64,000 nucleotides of DNA. Source: a virus. The DNA is taken from positions 49,819-113,818 of IMG/VR virus record IMGVR_UViG_3300049914_000251; one strand, given 5' to 3'. The notes beneath the pieces are model-generated. The model did no database searches. It saw only the letters and a list, made by a program, of their open reading frames with translations, and was not told where the DNA came from. Shown here piece after piece: positions 37,067-46,729 of this stretch (positions are counted from its first letter, which is position 1; each line of letters opens with the position of its first letter). The position numbers and the translations under genes were made by a program.

Positions 37067-37930
37067 TTACAAACCAGACCTAACAAGTCGCGCTAACAAC
37101 CTGTCTAATATCCTATCTGCCAGTGCTTCCATTGGATCCTCTGCAGGAATACCTTCCAATATCACGGCACCGCACCTATCTTTAGACTTCAGTAAAACAA
37201 ACTTGGCGTCAGGATTCACCCCACGTTTGCACACCGTAATCTCGTATAGCTCCAGTTTGGTAACGCTCCAGAAACAGCGTCCTCCCTCACACTTGAACTC
37301 AGACTGCAAACCACGCCCTCTAATAGAGAACGAATCAACCTCTCCCTTATTTATAGACTCTATCAGCTCCTTACCAGGAAGAATATCATCACGCAGTCTA
37401 CAAACCACAAATAGCCCTTTATCATCTACCCTAGTCTTATGAACCTTGCCAGAAGAATCTACGGTCTCCGGCACCACATACCCCACCTGAATTCCAGTGT
37501 GTGATAACATAACATTTCGAAACATTGGTTGGAACATGAACTTCTCAAGAGACTCACCTAATGCCGGTCTCTCTATTCTGTGCCCTTCATCATCGATCAC
37601 CCACGGAGAAGCATACCCCGCTATATAAATCCCATCGGCCGACTTGATAAGTTCCAGGTGCGAGAACGCCAGATGCTTTTCTTCGTCCTTACAAATTTCG
37701 CACGAATTACAGACTCCCCATCCCTGATCGCACTTACCAGACACCATCTTAGAATCCTTCTCCACCACCTTACAATCCTTCTTTTTCTTACACTTATCGC
37801 AGATACTCATACCACCGAACGTAGGAGTAAACCCAGTATCTGCAACCGTAGCCTGCGCTCCACCTGTTGCTAACCCGGCATCCTTCAACAAGCAAGCCGC
37901 CATTTCAATTAGTTCTGCTTCTTTACTCAT
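37067..37930 (-). CDS. Prohead (maturation) protease, HK97-type, with Cys-rich N-terminal extension
   Basis: IAGYAS...D.EG, VMLSH, SFSIRG, LELYEITVC..GVNPDAKF. Confidence 0.88.
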   Translation of the reverse strand: MSKEAELIEMAACLLKDAGLATGGAQATVADTGFTPTFGGMSICDKCKKKKDCKVVEKDSKMVSGKCDQGWGVCNSCEICKDEEKHLAFSHLELIKSADGIYIAGYASPWVIDDEGHRIERPALGESLEKFMFQPMFRNVMLSHTGIQVGYVVPETVDSSGKVHKTRVDDKGLFVVCRLRDDILPGKELIESINKGEVDSFSIRGRGLQSEFKCEGGRCFWSVTKLELYEITVCKRGVNPDAKFVLLKSKDRCGAVILEGIPAEDPMEALADRILDRLLARLVRSGL

Positions 37931-37971
37931 GCTTACCTCATCGCGTCATTTATCGCGACATTCTGTCACGA

Positions 37972-39030
37972 TTATGCCCGGCCAAATTTCCAGAAATCAG
38001 TTCCCATTTTCTCAAAAGCATACCTGCCATTCAATTCTGGTATACTGCAATCATGGATCACGTACTCACGCCTGTTATCAGTCTGCTCGCCAGGCTCCCA
38101 TTTGAACAAAGCTACCAAACTCAAAGCTTCGTCATTCAGCCACACCACCTTACTGGCCTTTTGAACAGCTTTAACAAATGAACATCGACCGCAATTCTTG
38201 CACTTAGAATTACCCATCTGGCACTTCTTCTCGGTCAAGTGCTCATCCTGCTTATACTGCATGTCAGGAGTCTCCTGAGAACCACCCGGCATAAATGGAG
38301 CTATGATAGGATTAGGAGCACGCTCCATCAAAAGAGAATCCTTTCTAACTTCCTTAGTACCAACAAACTCCTGTGCCTCTCCGGACTCTGAAACAGCGTC
38401 TTCAGTTGGTTTCATAAAAGATACCATATGATCGTTGAGATGAAATACCGCATCTGCTACTTTAGGTACGAGTACCCACTGAATAGGCCATTCAACATTA
38501 CCGGATAAGTGATCTCCTGAAATCTCTGCCCCTTCAGAAACAGACAACCTAAAATCAGCATGCACAGGTCTCCCCATACGCCAGTGTAACTGAAGCATCC
38601 CCACCGTCGAACAAGCGGCACCATTAGGAACGCCTGCCATAACAGCCTTTTCTATATTTGATTTTTCTACCTGCGCACCTGCCTGTTGCATACCCTCAAG
38701 TGCTTCTTTCTCACGGTCATAGTTATCACCCTCATCAGCCTCATCTTCAGTTAACGGCTCATCATCAAAATAACACCTGGTAGCCCTCACCCGGGACCCG
38801 CTTAATCCTGTACGCAACGATGTCATTAACCGAGCACCATCCTCCATAGTCATTTTACGCATCTCTCCGCTCTCTGGATCCCTGCACCAAACCCCTTCTT
38901 TCAAGAACTCTTTAAGATAATCAGCAAAAGGCCCTTCCAATTTTATCTTAGCATCTTTTTCCCCCATTGGAAAAATCATTTTGCAAATTACCTCGTTGTC
39001 ACTATTGAGAATATTTACATATGAGTTCAT
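37972..39030 (-). CDS. Putative head protein with LigD 3'-phosphoesterase-like domain
   Basis: LQLHWRMGRPVHADFRL motif; C-terminal LNGRYAFEKM..DFW. Confidence 0.5.
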   Translation of the reverse strand: MNSYVNILNSDNEVICKMIFPMGEKDAKIKLEGPFADYLKEFLKEGVWCRDPESGEMRKMTMEDGARLMTSLRTGLSGSRVRATRCYFDDEPLTEDEADEGDNYDREKEALEGMQQAGAQVEKSNIEKAVMAGVPNGAACSTVGMLQLHWRMGRPVHADFRLSVSEGAEISGDHLSGNVEWPIQWVLVPKVADAVFHLNDHMVSFMKPTEDAVSESGEAQEFVGTKEVRKDSLLMERAPNPIIAPFMPGGSQETPDMQYKQDEHLTEKKCQMGNSKCKNCGRCSFVKAVQKASKVVWLNDEALSLVALFKWEPGEQTDNRREYVIHDCSIPELNGRYAFEKMGTDFWKFGRA

Positions 39031-41126
39031 ACGTTCTCCTTTCCACCTTCTATTGGCTCGTTACGTCGTGGAGGACCAACCTCTCCCGTAGGAATATGGT
39101 GATGTGCATCCCACCACTCCTGAAGTGCCTTTTTCCTGCCCTGTCCTTTATCCGCCCATGCCCGATCGATTACTTCTTCAGGATAACCCTTGCCCAGTAG
39201 ATACTTCTTAGCCTGCTCTAACCCCTTATTTTCCCTATGTGTGCCAACCGACGCCACCCCACCCACATCAGCCCCTTTTCGACCCTCATTATACACTTCA
39301 TTGGCCCTATCCATTACAGCGTCGAAATTTTCCTCTGTCTTCGCATGCTTACGCTCAACAGGTAAACGTGGCTTAGGTGCGCGACGACGTACTGGAGCCT
39401 TCTCTGGCTTCGCCTCTGCCTCTGGCTTCACTTCGGGAATTACTGCTCCCTCCCTTAAAAACCCTTTGCGCTCCATCTTATCTACCGCATCATCGATATC
39501 CTCTGTAGGATATCCCTTATCCCTCATATAACCCCTAACCGCTTCTTTAGCATCTGCATGCCGATGTCCCATCCTGGCCTTTCCGAACGCCTCCTTCCAC
39601 GCTTTAGCAGCTCCAACTTCGTCCTCAGGTTTTAAAGGCTTAGCTCCGGCTCTAGGCGGTTTTGCACGAGCTACGCTATAAAGACCGTCTCCAGCTATAA
39701 TTCTATCGATACGAAACTTCATACCCTCTACCACTTTACCACCATCTTTAGCTCCAAGCAAATCTGTTATACTCTTATACATAATATCCCATTTTACATT
39801 TTTAATGTCATCCAAAAGTTTCTGCGGAACTTTGCCTTTTTCGTATTTACCACGCAAAATATCACACCTGAAACAGCCATTTGGTGTTGCCTGAGCAAAC
39901 GTCAAACCATTGTCTATGAAATACAGCTTGCCGTCATTACCATTTATAAAATTATTACCGTGCCTGTCCGTATTGTAACTAATAACATCAAACAGACAAC
40001 CCTTCCATCTATCATCGTCTGAAATCTTATCTGCTACTCCACCAGCTGGACCATCTACCCAAACCTGGGCAGACCCTATCTCACCGTCCACTTCACGAAT
40101 AACTGTAGGAGGCACCAAACCCCAGCCCAACGCCTCAGAAAGTTCATAGGCCAGCGCCTCTCTCTTATAAAAAGTACCATGATGGATAGCTCCTTCACTG
40201 GCTACGCTCCTTAAAGAACGCTCACCACTCGCAGGCTTCCAGCACTCTTTAATCTTGTCCCCCTCCACATGCATGGCCTTAGCCAGCATAGGAATGACAT
40301 TAGGAGCCTCTACCCTTATTTTGAAAATTTTATTACAGCCGCCACCCAAAACCTCCTTCTTCACACATGCTCCTGCTATAAGAGACTTATAGGCATCTGG
40401 AGAAAGACTCTTAACTAGGGGAGAAACATGTGCACCTTTAACACCCGGCTTCTCAGGCTTCTCCTCAGGTTTTTCCTCATGTTTCTCAGGCTCCTCATGT
40501 TGAGGCTTAACGAAAGGCTCAGGCTTTCCAACCACCTTAGCTTCTCGCAAACCATGCGCCAAACCACGTGCCCTCACCTCTTTCTGAATATCATTAACCA
40601 GTTTCAAATACTCTATATAATGTAACCTTAATTTACGATACAGATCACCTGTCTTTTGCTCCTTAAAAGCAGCGTCCTCAAACGCCTTCTTATACACAGG
40701 ATCGGCCGCAAACCGAATTTTAAGAAAATCTTTCTCATTTTGCGCCTGCATCCACTCTTCCTTAAGAGCAGACCTCTTTTCCCTGACGTTTCCGAAATAT
40801 TCCTTTACATTATTCCATAAAATCGTCAGTTCATTGTCATCAAGTCCCTTAATATTACCTGCGTCTACAGCACGCACTCCCTTATCATACCCAGGCGCCC
40901 ACGGATGCTCTGGCAGAAAAGCTGCTTTGCCCTCTTGCCACGCAGCTATTTCCTCCTCCCTCATCCATTTACGCTGTTTGAACTGCTTACCTCCCCGGTT
41001 TACATCGACCCACACCAATTTATAACCAGGCCTGTTAGCAAAAGCCTCTCCAGTCTGCACGGCCTTAGTAATCTCTTCTAAAGACGCTATAACTTCAGCT
41101 GCATTGATAATCTGCATTTCACTCAT
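39027..41126 (-). CDS. Tagged head protein with PI3/4-kinase / HipA-like kinase domain
   Basis: LGGGCN, WKP..GE, REALAYELS, VPPTV, NTDRHGNN, IDNGLTF. Confidence 0.8.
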   Translation of the reverse strand: MSEMQIINAAEVIASLEEITKAVQTGEAFANRPGYKLVWVDVNRGGKQFKQRKWMREEEIAAWQEGKAAFLPEHPWAPGYDKGVRAVDAGNIKGLDDNELTILWNNVKEYFGNVREKRSALKEEWMQAQNEKDFLKIRFAADPVYKKAFEDAAFKEQKTGDLYRKLRLHYIEYLKLVNDIQKEVRARGLAHGLREAKVVGKPEPFVKPQHEEPEKHEEKPEEKPEKPGVKGAHVSPLVKSLSPDAYKSLIAGACVKKEVLGGGCNKIFKIRVEAPNVIPMLAKAMHVEGDKIKECWKPASGERSLRSVASEGAIHHGTFYKREALAYELSEALGWGLVPPTVIREVDGEIGSAQVWVDGPAGGVADKISDDDRWKGCLFDVISYNTDRHGNNFINGNDGKLYFIDNGLTFAQATPNGCFRCDILRGKYEKGKVPQKLLDDIKNVKWDIMYKSITDLLGAKDGGKVVEGMKFRIDRIIAGDGLYSVARAKPPRAGAKPLKPEDEVGAAKAWKEAFGKARMGHRHADAKEAVRGYMRDKGYPTEDIDDAVDKMERKGFLREGAVIPEVKPEAEAKPEKAPVRRRAPKPRLPVERKHAKTEENFDAVMDRANEVYNEGRKGADVGGVASVGTHRENKGLEQAKKYLLGKGYPEEVIDRAWADKGQGRKKALQEWWDAHHHIPTGEVGPPRRNEPIEGGKENV

Positions 41127-41287
41127 GACTTACTCCTAATACCACTGACAGATTTTAACAGCTCGCACTGTAATATCCAAGACAGCGCCCAGCAAACCTC
41201 TTTGGGAGACAGTTTCAACTCCTCCCTACCTGCCTTGACAGTGTTCTTCAACCACTTCTGAAACTCTACCAAGCCCGGCTCTGCCAT
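41123..41287 (-). CDS. Small hypothetical protein (54 aa; not in ORF track)
   Basis: MAEPGLVEFQKWLKNTVKAG...LLKSVSGIRSKS; ATGA overlap with next gene. Confidence 0.55.
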   Translation of the reverse strand: MAEPGLVEFQKWLKNTVKAGREELKLSPKEVCWALSWILQCELLKSVSGIRSKS

Positions 41288-42360
41288 ATTACCCTCATTT
41301 TGCTCTTAAACCAATCACAACACGACGGCTGAGGAGGTTGCGGAACCTTTTGAAAATTAGCTGTAATAGATTTATCTGCGTCCATGACTATAGTAGAGGA
41401 CGCAGAATTAAACAATACCCCACCTGTCCAGTTAACGAACTGCCAACCACTCGCAGGAATAGCATTAATATCGACTACTGTATTTTCCACATAAGGATAT
41501 GTACCCACGGTCGGATCAGTTGTACCATTACCATTAACAGAAATGTTCAACAGATGATATATAACTGGTGGTGAAGGCAGCGGTTTAAATTTCAAATAAT
41601 GAGCATCATAACCACCAAGTTGCTTAAATACATCTATTGCCTGGAATGGCAGATAAAAACGACCGCTAGCTCCCCAGCCAATACCCCATGAATTTTGCCC
41701 GAAGAATAGACCCTTCTCCTGATCGTAGCCAGCCAGAATAGTTTCATGTCCCCCAGCTACATGATCTGCAGCAGATACATTTGACAATATGCCTGACGGC
41801 TCAACGTTCATCCACTTATCAAACCAGGGTGATCCTATGGATACCAACCAACCAGGTCCACCGGACAACACAGATGCCTCAGAATCAGCCAACGCTGACA
41901 TAATTCCGTTAACTCCATCGACACATCTAAAATAAGCAAACTCCGGATACTTTAATGCCTGTGCCTGCCTTTCCGAAGATGGCGCAGAAATGTCAGCCTT
42001 ATCAGGATCGTACGGCCAGAAATGCTCTAGCAAGCAACCCATTTTCAACAGCCAATCAAAACAGTCTTTAGGATATGCCCCGATATCTGATGTCAACGTG
42101 CCCTCGATAAACCTGGCACCATTATATATCCATGTCGGAGAATACCACTCTGTAAAAACGTGCAACGATTTAGCCACGGCACCTACATTAGCTCCTATGC
42201 CAAATCCGGTGCAAGAACTTACTGCTCCTTGATACCTGACCTCTGGCAACAGCCTGGACAGATCGACCGCATTTGGAAATCTAACCAGGGCCGCCCTGTG
42301 CAGATAATCACGATTATCAAACTTATCTTTTATCCAGCCCGTTACAAAACTACCCGACAT
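41266..42360 (-). CDS. Papain-family (C1A) cysteine peptidase with C-terminal InlB B-repeat
   Basis: QGAVSSCTGF, GGHETILAGY, QNSWG; intact C-H-N triad. Confidence 0.88.
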   Translation of the reverse strand: MSGSFVTGWIKDKFDNRDYLHRAALVRFPNAVDLSRLLPEVRYQGAVSSCTGFGIGANVGAVAKSLHVFTEWYSPTWIYNGARFIEGTLTSDIGAYPKDCFDWLLKMGCLLEHFWPYDPDKADISAPSSERQAQALKYPEFAYFRCVDGVNGIMSALADSEASVLSGGPGWLVSIGSPWFDKWMNVEPSGILSNVSAADHVAGGHETILAGYDQEKGLFFGQNSWGIGWGASGRFYLPFQAIDVFKQLGGYDAHYLKFKPLPSPPVIYHLLNISVNGNGTTDPTVGTYPYVENTVVDINAIPASGWQFVNWTGGVLFNSASSTIVMDADKSITANFQKVPQPPQPSCCDWFKSKMRVIWQSRAW

Positions 42361-45051
42361 TTACTTTACCCCCTTCACCGATTCTTCTACTTCGACCATT
42401 AACCGCACCGCCTTTATTTCATCTGTTGTAGGAGTAACAAAGCCCATAGATACCAGTTTCTGCTCTACCAGCTCCTCTACTTCTCTAGGCTTTGACAAGG
42501 GCTTCTTCTCCTCCAAGTTATCACCGGAGCTTCCCATATTAAGCTGTTGAGCGTTTACATCTTGATTAGTAGCAACATCCTGTGCTCCTTCACCAGGGCC
42601 CCACTTATGCGTCTGAAATACTTTACCATCTGCCATCGCCGTTTGTGGCTGCAGCACTTGCCCAGGACCCGGAGGTTTACTGGACACGCCTTGTTCACTA
42701 GGAGCTCCCGGAACCATAGGTATCTTCTCTGGAATAGGCGGCTTCTGTAATTGAGACCCCTGCTTATAAATCTCAACCAATTTAACCAGATTATTGCACT
42801 CAGCCAACTCCCTAACCTCTTTGCTCAGCTTATCATCCTTGCCCATCCTATCCTCCTGATTTACTAACCCATCAGCAGATTTCACCCACAGCGGAGCAGA
42901 ACTTGACTGCGTAGCCCCGCCTCCCATCTTCTTGACCCTCTCAACTTCCTTCTCAGCAAGTTCATTCTTAACTTTGTCCTCTTCTGAATAACAGATATCA
43001 TCTGCACCTCCACCACCAGAACCGCCTGGATACGGAGTAGCTCCTTGAGACCGTGTTACTAACCCCTTATTGTACGTTTTTTCGTCCTGAACCTTGTCCT
43101 TAGGCGCCTTCGGCTCTTCAGTCACCTTCTCTTCCATCATAATGGTTTTATACGTTCCTGTCTTAGAAGCAGGATCAAGTAACTGCTCCACGCCGTTGAT
43201 TTTTTGAGGTTGTTGCTCCTTTGGTTTCACTAACAGTTTAGCATCTAAAGACGTTACTAAACCACCAGCGGTGTACTGATGCCCCGTAGGATGAGATCCT
43301 TCCTCATCTTCGTTCTGCCACCCTACCGTGCCGTAACTCTCCTTATTCTCTCCCTGCTCATTACGATGCTCAACATCTTCAGGACTTTCCTTACCGTGAA
43401 TCACCACAGCCGCTCCTTTGGCCTTCTCCAACTCATTGTTCAGCTCTTCAACTTTATCATCACTGAAAAGATCTTCAGGCTCATTTGAAATATATTTATT
43501 ACACACGCAATTAGGATCCACAAACCCCACAAATGGGCACCACGGAGTACCAAAATTAGATACCATTGGATCTGACCTGTCAGGTTCATGATAAAACCCG
43601 CAATACATGCATCGCATTTCATCGTCTGCTGGACGATACCCCACATCTCTAGCTAGATCCACAGCCACTTCTAAAATTGAGGACACGTTAGATAACAGCG
43701 CATTTGCTGCTTCCATTATCTCAAGATTAGGAGCCTTCACAGCCTTCTCCAGCAATTCCAAAGATTCCCCAGTCAATCTGTTCTCCGGTACTTTAACCCC
43801 GGACTTAGCAACATTATCCCTAATCACCTTATAAAACTCAGCTGCATCCTCATCCATAGCATCAGGATGATATATTGCAGCCTTACGATTAACCAGTTGA
43901 CTCATCACCTGCTCTCCAGCCTTCACAATCTGATCCTCTGTGTACTTAGCAGATCCTGATTTCATCATCTTGTAAAAAGCCGACAGAACTCTCCAATCAT
44001 CGGCAAGCTGCCTGTTATCAAGTTCAGTGGGATCGTAATAATCCAATTTCTGCTTACGCAGTCCGCCCTCACACTTAATACCAGAATCCACTTTCTTGAG
44101 AGAATTCATATCATCCTCAGAAAGAACCTCTCCAATACCCTCACTCGGACTATCATTTCCTCTTGCTACGTTATCTCCTGTAGTTGGCCTTAGCCCGGCA
44201 CCATAAACTCCGCCTCCTCCACCTTCCACAGTGCCAGTAGAGTCCTTCTTAATTTGCAAAGCATCCATCTGAGCCACAACTTCCCTTGCCTTTACCATAG
44301 CTATCTGCGTAGGCGGAACATACTCTACACCATCAGCGTGAGCGTAAAACTGAATACGATCGTACGCCACATATACCTTGTTAGGATCCACCCCTACTTC
44401 CTGAGCCATACTCCGCACCTTTTCCTCTAATTGACTGTGTGTAAACTGCATATGACCTATGTGCGTGAAAATAACAGATTTTATTTCCAACTCCTTGCAC
44501 ATCTTAAGTGAATTATAAATGCTCTGATGTCCCGCAGGCTCTGTCACATCGTCCACTAAACTGTTGCCACAAAGCACAGCTACTGACACTCCCTTAATTG
44601 ACTTAGGTTCATCTATCCTTAAAAAATCAGGAGCATATGCCACACTGATATCCTTGTACTTGAAAATGAACCCCACTGTGGTAGTGTCCTTAGCATGAGT
44701 AACTACAAATGGGTCAATCTTAACTCCATCAGGCAGCTCAGCGCCACGTTGAAGATAAACTACCGTACCCATAGGCAAATCAGGAACTCCCATGATATGA
44801 TCACCGTGCCTATGGGTAACGAAAACAGCCTCGGGTATTAAGTCCTTCATCTGCTCCTTAATATCCGGGCCGCAATCAAAAAGTATCAGACGGCGATCGC
44901 AGTCTATCAAACAGGCTGCCTTCATCCGCGCTGATAACCCCTTCTCGGCTGCCTCTTTACATTGAGGACAATCACACCCTTCTTTCGGTAATGCATGCCC
45001 ATTACCCGAACCAAGTACTATCACACTCACAGTCTTATCAGTCTTTTCCAT
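42361..45051 (-). CDS. Polyvalent head protein: N-terminal MBL-fold hydrolase (PhnP-like), HiPIP-like Cys domain, tags
   Basis: LGSG...CDCPQC, THRHGDH, YAPD, FTHIGH, VAYD; CMYC...C...C; GGAGG SD supports ATG 45051. Confidence 0.8.
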   Translation of the reverse strand: MEKTDKTVSVIVLGSGNGHALPKEGCDCPQCKEAAEKGLSARMKAACLIDCDRRLILFDCGPDIKEQMKDLIPEAVFVTHRHGDHIMGVPDLPMGTVVYLQRGAELPDGVKIDPFVVTHAKDTTTVGFIFKYKDISVAYAPDFLRIDEPKSIKGVSVAVLCGNSLVDDVTEPAGHQSIYNSLKMCKELEIKSVIFTHIGHMQFTHSQLEEKVRSMAQEVGVDPNKVYVAYDRIQFYAHADGVEYVPPTQIAMVKAREVVAQMDALQIKKDSTGTVEGGGGGVYGAGLRPTTGDNVARGNDSPSEGIGEVLSEDDMNSLKKVDSGIKCEGGLRKQKLDYYDPTELDNRQLADDWRVLSAFYKMMKSGSAKYTEDQIVKAGEQVMSQLVNRKAAIYHPDAMDEDAAEFYKVIRDNVAKSGVKVPENRLTGESLELLEKAVKAPNLEIMEAANALLSNVSSILEVAVDLARDVGYRPADDEMRCMYCGFYHEPDRSDPMVSNFGTPWCPFVGFVDPNCVCNKYISNEPEDLFSDDKVEELNNELEKAKGAAVVIHGKESPEDVEHRNEQGENKESYGTVGWQNEDEEGSHPTGHQYTAGGLVTSLDAKLLVKPKEQQPQKINGVEQLLDPASKTGTYKTIMMEEKVTEEPKAPKDKVQDEKTYNKGLVTRSQGATPYPGGSGGGGADDICYSEEDKVKNELAEKEVERVKKMGGGATQSSSAPLWVKSADGLVNQEDRMGKDDKLSKEVRELAECNNLVKLVEIYKQGSQLQKPPIPEKIPMVPGAPSEQGVSSKPPGPGQVLQPQTAMADGKVFQTHKWGPGEGAQDVATNQDVNAQQLNMGSSGDNLEEKKPLSKPREVEELVEQKLVSMGFVTPTTDEIKAVRLMVEVEESVKGVK

Positions 45052-45554
45052 TATATCCTCCGACCGGCAGTGAGAATCCATATTTCATCTGCCCTGTCCG
45101 GATTCTGTAAAAAAGGTTCTATTACAGTACGGAACAGCTCACTCACATTTGGAGCATCTCCCAGCGGTTTCCACTTTCCATCTTCCAGCACCTTATACCA
45201 TACCCGGACCTGCTCACCATCTCCTATGTGATGGTGAATGTCCAGTTTAATAACCACGCCTTCCCTATTGACAGTAACCATCCCGGGAGACTTAAAACCC
45301 AGCCCCATTCTGCGCGAATTAGACTCTATATCATCGTTTACACGTTGCACAAGCCTGTCCTTCTCCTCTTTCTCCATAAGTTTCAATCTTTCCAGCTCGG
45401 TGGCCTTCTGCAACTCATAAGGTTTGCACCAGCGAACAGACTTATATGTCCGCCCTCCGAGATTGACCTCTGTCTCGCGTAGAAAGAAGCCTTCAGACTG
45501 CTTACGCAGTTCAAGCTCACGCCTGACTATAGACTTTTCGAGTTCTTCAGTCAC
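45051..45554 (-). CDS. Small tagged head protein
   Basis: ELEKSIVRRELELRK then GFFLRETEVNLGGRTYKSVRW. Confidence 0.65.
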   Translation of the reverse strand: MTEELEKSIVRRELELRKQSEGFFLRETEVNLGGRTYKSVRWCKPYELQKATELERLKLMEKEEKDRLVQRVNDDIESNSRRMGLGFKSPGMVTVNREGVVIKLDIHHHIGDGEQVRVWYKVLEDGKWKPLGDAPNVSELFRTVIEPFLQNPDRADEIWILTAGRRI

Positions 45555-45562
45555 TAAATCTC

Positions 45563-46333
45563 CTAATCAGCTCCGCTTTCTGCCCTATCAGCACACGAAT
45601 CACACTGATAATGATGAGCAGCATCCTCTCTCGTCAACCTGTTCGGCTTTTTACAGGTAGGACACGGTAGATTACGAGGGTTATGCTTAGAAGCTGCCCT
45701 TAAAGCGCTCCTACCACCAGGATCAGCAAATCTTATTGGCTCTCGCCCCTCATCCTCAGCCTCTAAACCCCGTTCATACTCGTCATCATCTTCCTGTTTC
45801 CGAATACTCTCTGAGACTATCCCACCTTTAGATGGCTTACTCTCCTTACCTTCGGTTGCCTCTTCGACTATCCCACCTTTTGATGGTTTGTCCTCACCAG
45901 TTTTAGGCGGTCTGTTCCACCAATCAACGCTCTTATGTTTCTTCGGTGGTATGTACTCCTCATCTTTCTTCACATCCTTACCTTTAATAGCAGTTTTAAC
46001 CTTTATACCCTTCTTATCTTTCTTATCTGACTTGAGCTGTCCTTTGAATGCGCTAGAAAGATAAACCGCCCCCTTCTCAAGCTCTCGCAGAACTACTGTT
46101 TTAGGATCCTTATCGTGAATATAAGACTTATATAGCTCTACCACTTCTTGAGCCTTCTTCACATCAGTACCTATCACATCACCGAACAGTTCAACAATCT
46201 CGTTTGCTACCGCGTCTAAATCAACGTTAGCAACCTCAGCCTCATTCGCTACTGCATGTTTGAACGGTTTCTGTGTCTGAAGTATCAGAAGAACCAGCTC
46301 CTTTAACTTCTTTTCGTCCTTCTCCTCCGCCAT
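45563..46333 (-). CDS. Tagged head protein with C-terminal Zn ribbon
   Basis: KTVVLRELEKG; NPRNLPCPTC...YQCDSC. Confidence 0.65.
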   Translation of the reverse strand: MAEEKDEKKLKELVLLILQTQKPFKHAVANEAEVANVDLDAVANEIVELFGDVIGTDVKKAQEVVELYKSYIHDKDPKTVVLRELEKGAVYLSSAFKGQLKSDKKDKKGIKVKTAIKGKDVKKDEEYIPPKKHKSVDWWNRPPKTGEDKPSKGGIVEEATEGKESKPSKGGIVSESIRKQEDDDEYERGLEAEDEGREPIRFADPGGRSALRAASKHNPRNLPCPTCKKPNRLTREDAAHHYQCDSCADRAESGAD

Positions 46334-46697
46334 TATATACCTCCTTGTACAAAGCGGCTTTAACCCGTCGCCACTTTCGTATCATTTTCATATCCTCTTT
46401 TGTTTTAACTTTATGACATCTTTTACAAAGCACCTGCAAATTCTTCCTGTCATGCGTACCACCTAAAGCTCTTGGAATAATATGGTCAAGTTGCCTTTTA
46501 ACTCTTGAACCGCATCTTACACACGACCTGTCCTCTATTACTATCCGCTCATACCTTACCTGTTCAAGCTCATATCCCTTAGTACCTAAATACTTCAGAT
46601 ACCTCTTTCGCTTTCTAAATTTACTCAATAGCCTCTCACGTAAAGTAGGCTCCTGCTTCAGAACCTGCCCCATCGACGGAGGCTTCAGATTACTCAC
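46242..46697 (-). CDS. HNH endonuclease
   Basis: CVRCG...LDHIIPRALGGT...NLQVLCKRCH. Confidence 0.88.
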   Translation of the reverse strand: MSNLKPPSMGQVLKQEPTLRERLLSKFRKRKRYLKYLGTKGYELEQVRYERIVIEDRSCVRCGSRVKRQLDHIIPRALGGTHDRKNLQVLCKRCHKVKTKEDMKMIRKWRRVKAALYKEVYNGGGEGRKEVKGAGSSDTSDTETVQTCSSE

Positions 46698-46729
46698 TTA
46701 TGCCCCTACGTGCCTCAACACGCCCTCTC

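Noticed and set aside
42361-45051. Beta-lactamase / antibiotic-resistance gene
   Set aside because: Motifs match the PhnP/RNase Z-like phosphodiesterase branch of the MBL fold; no signal peptide.
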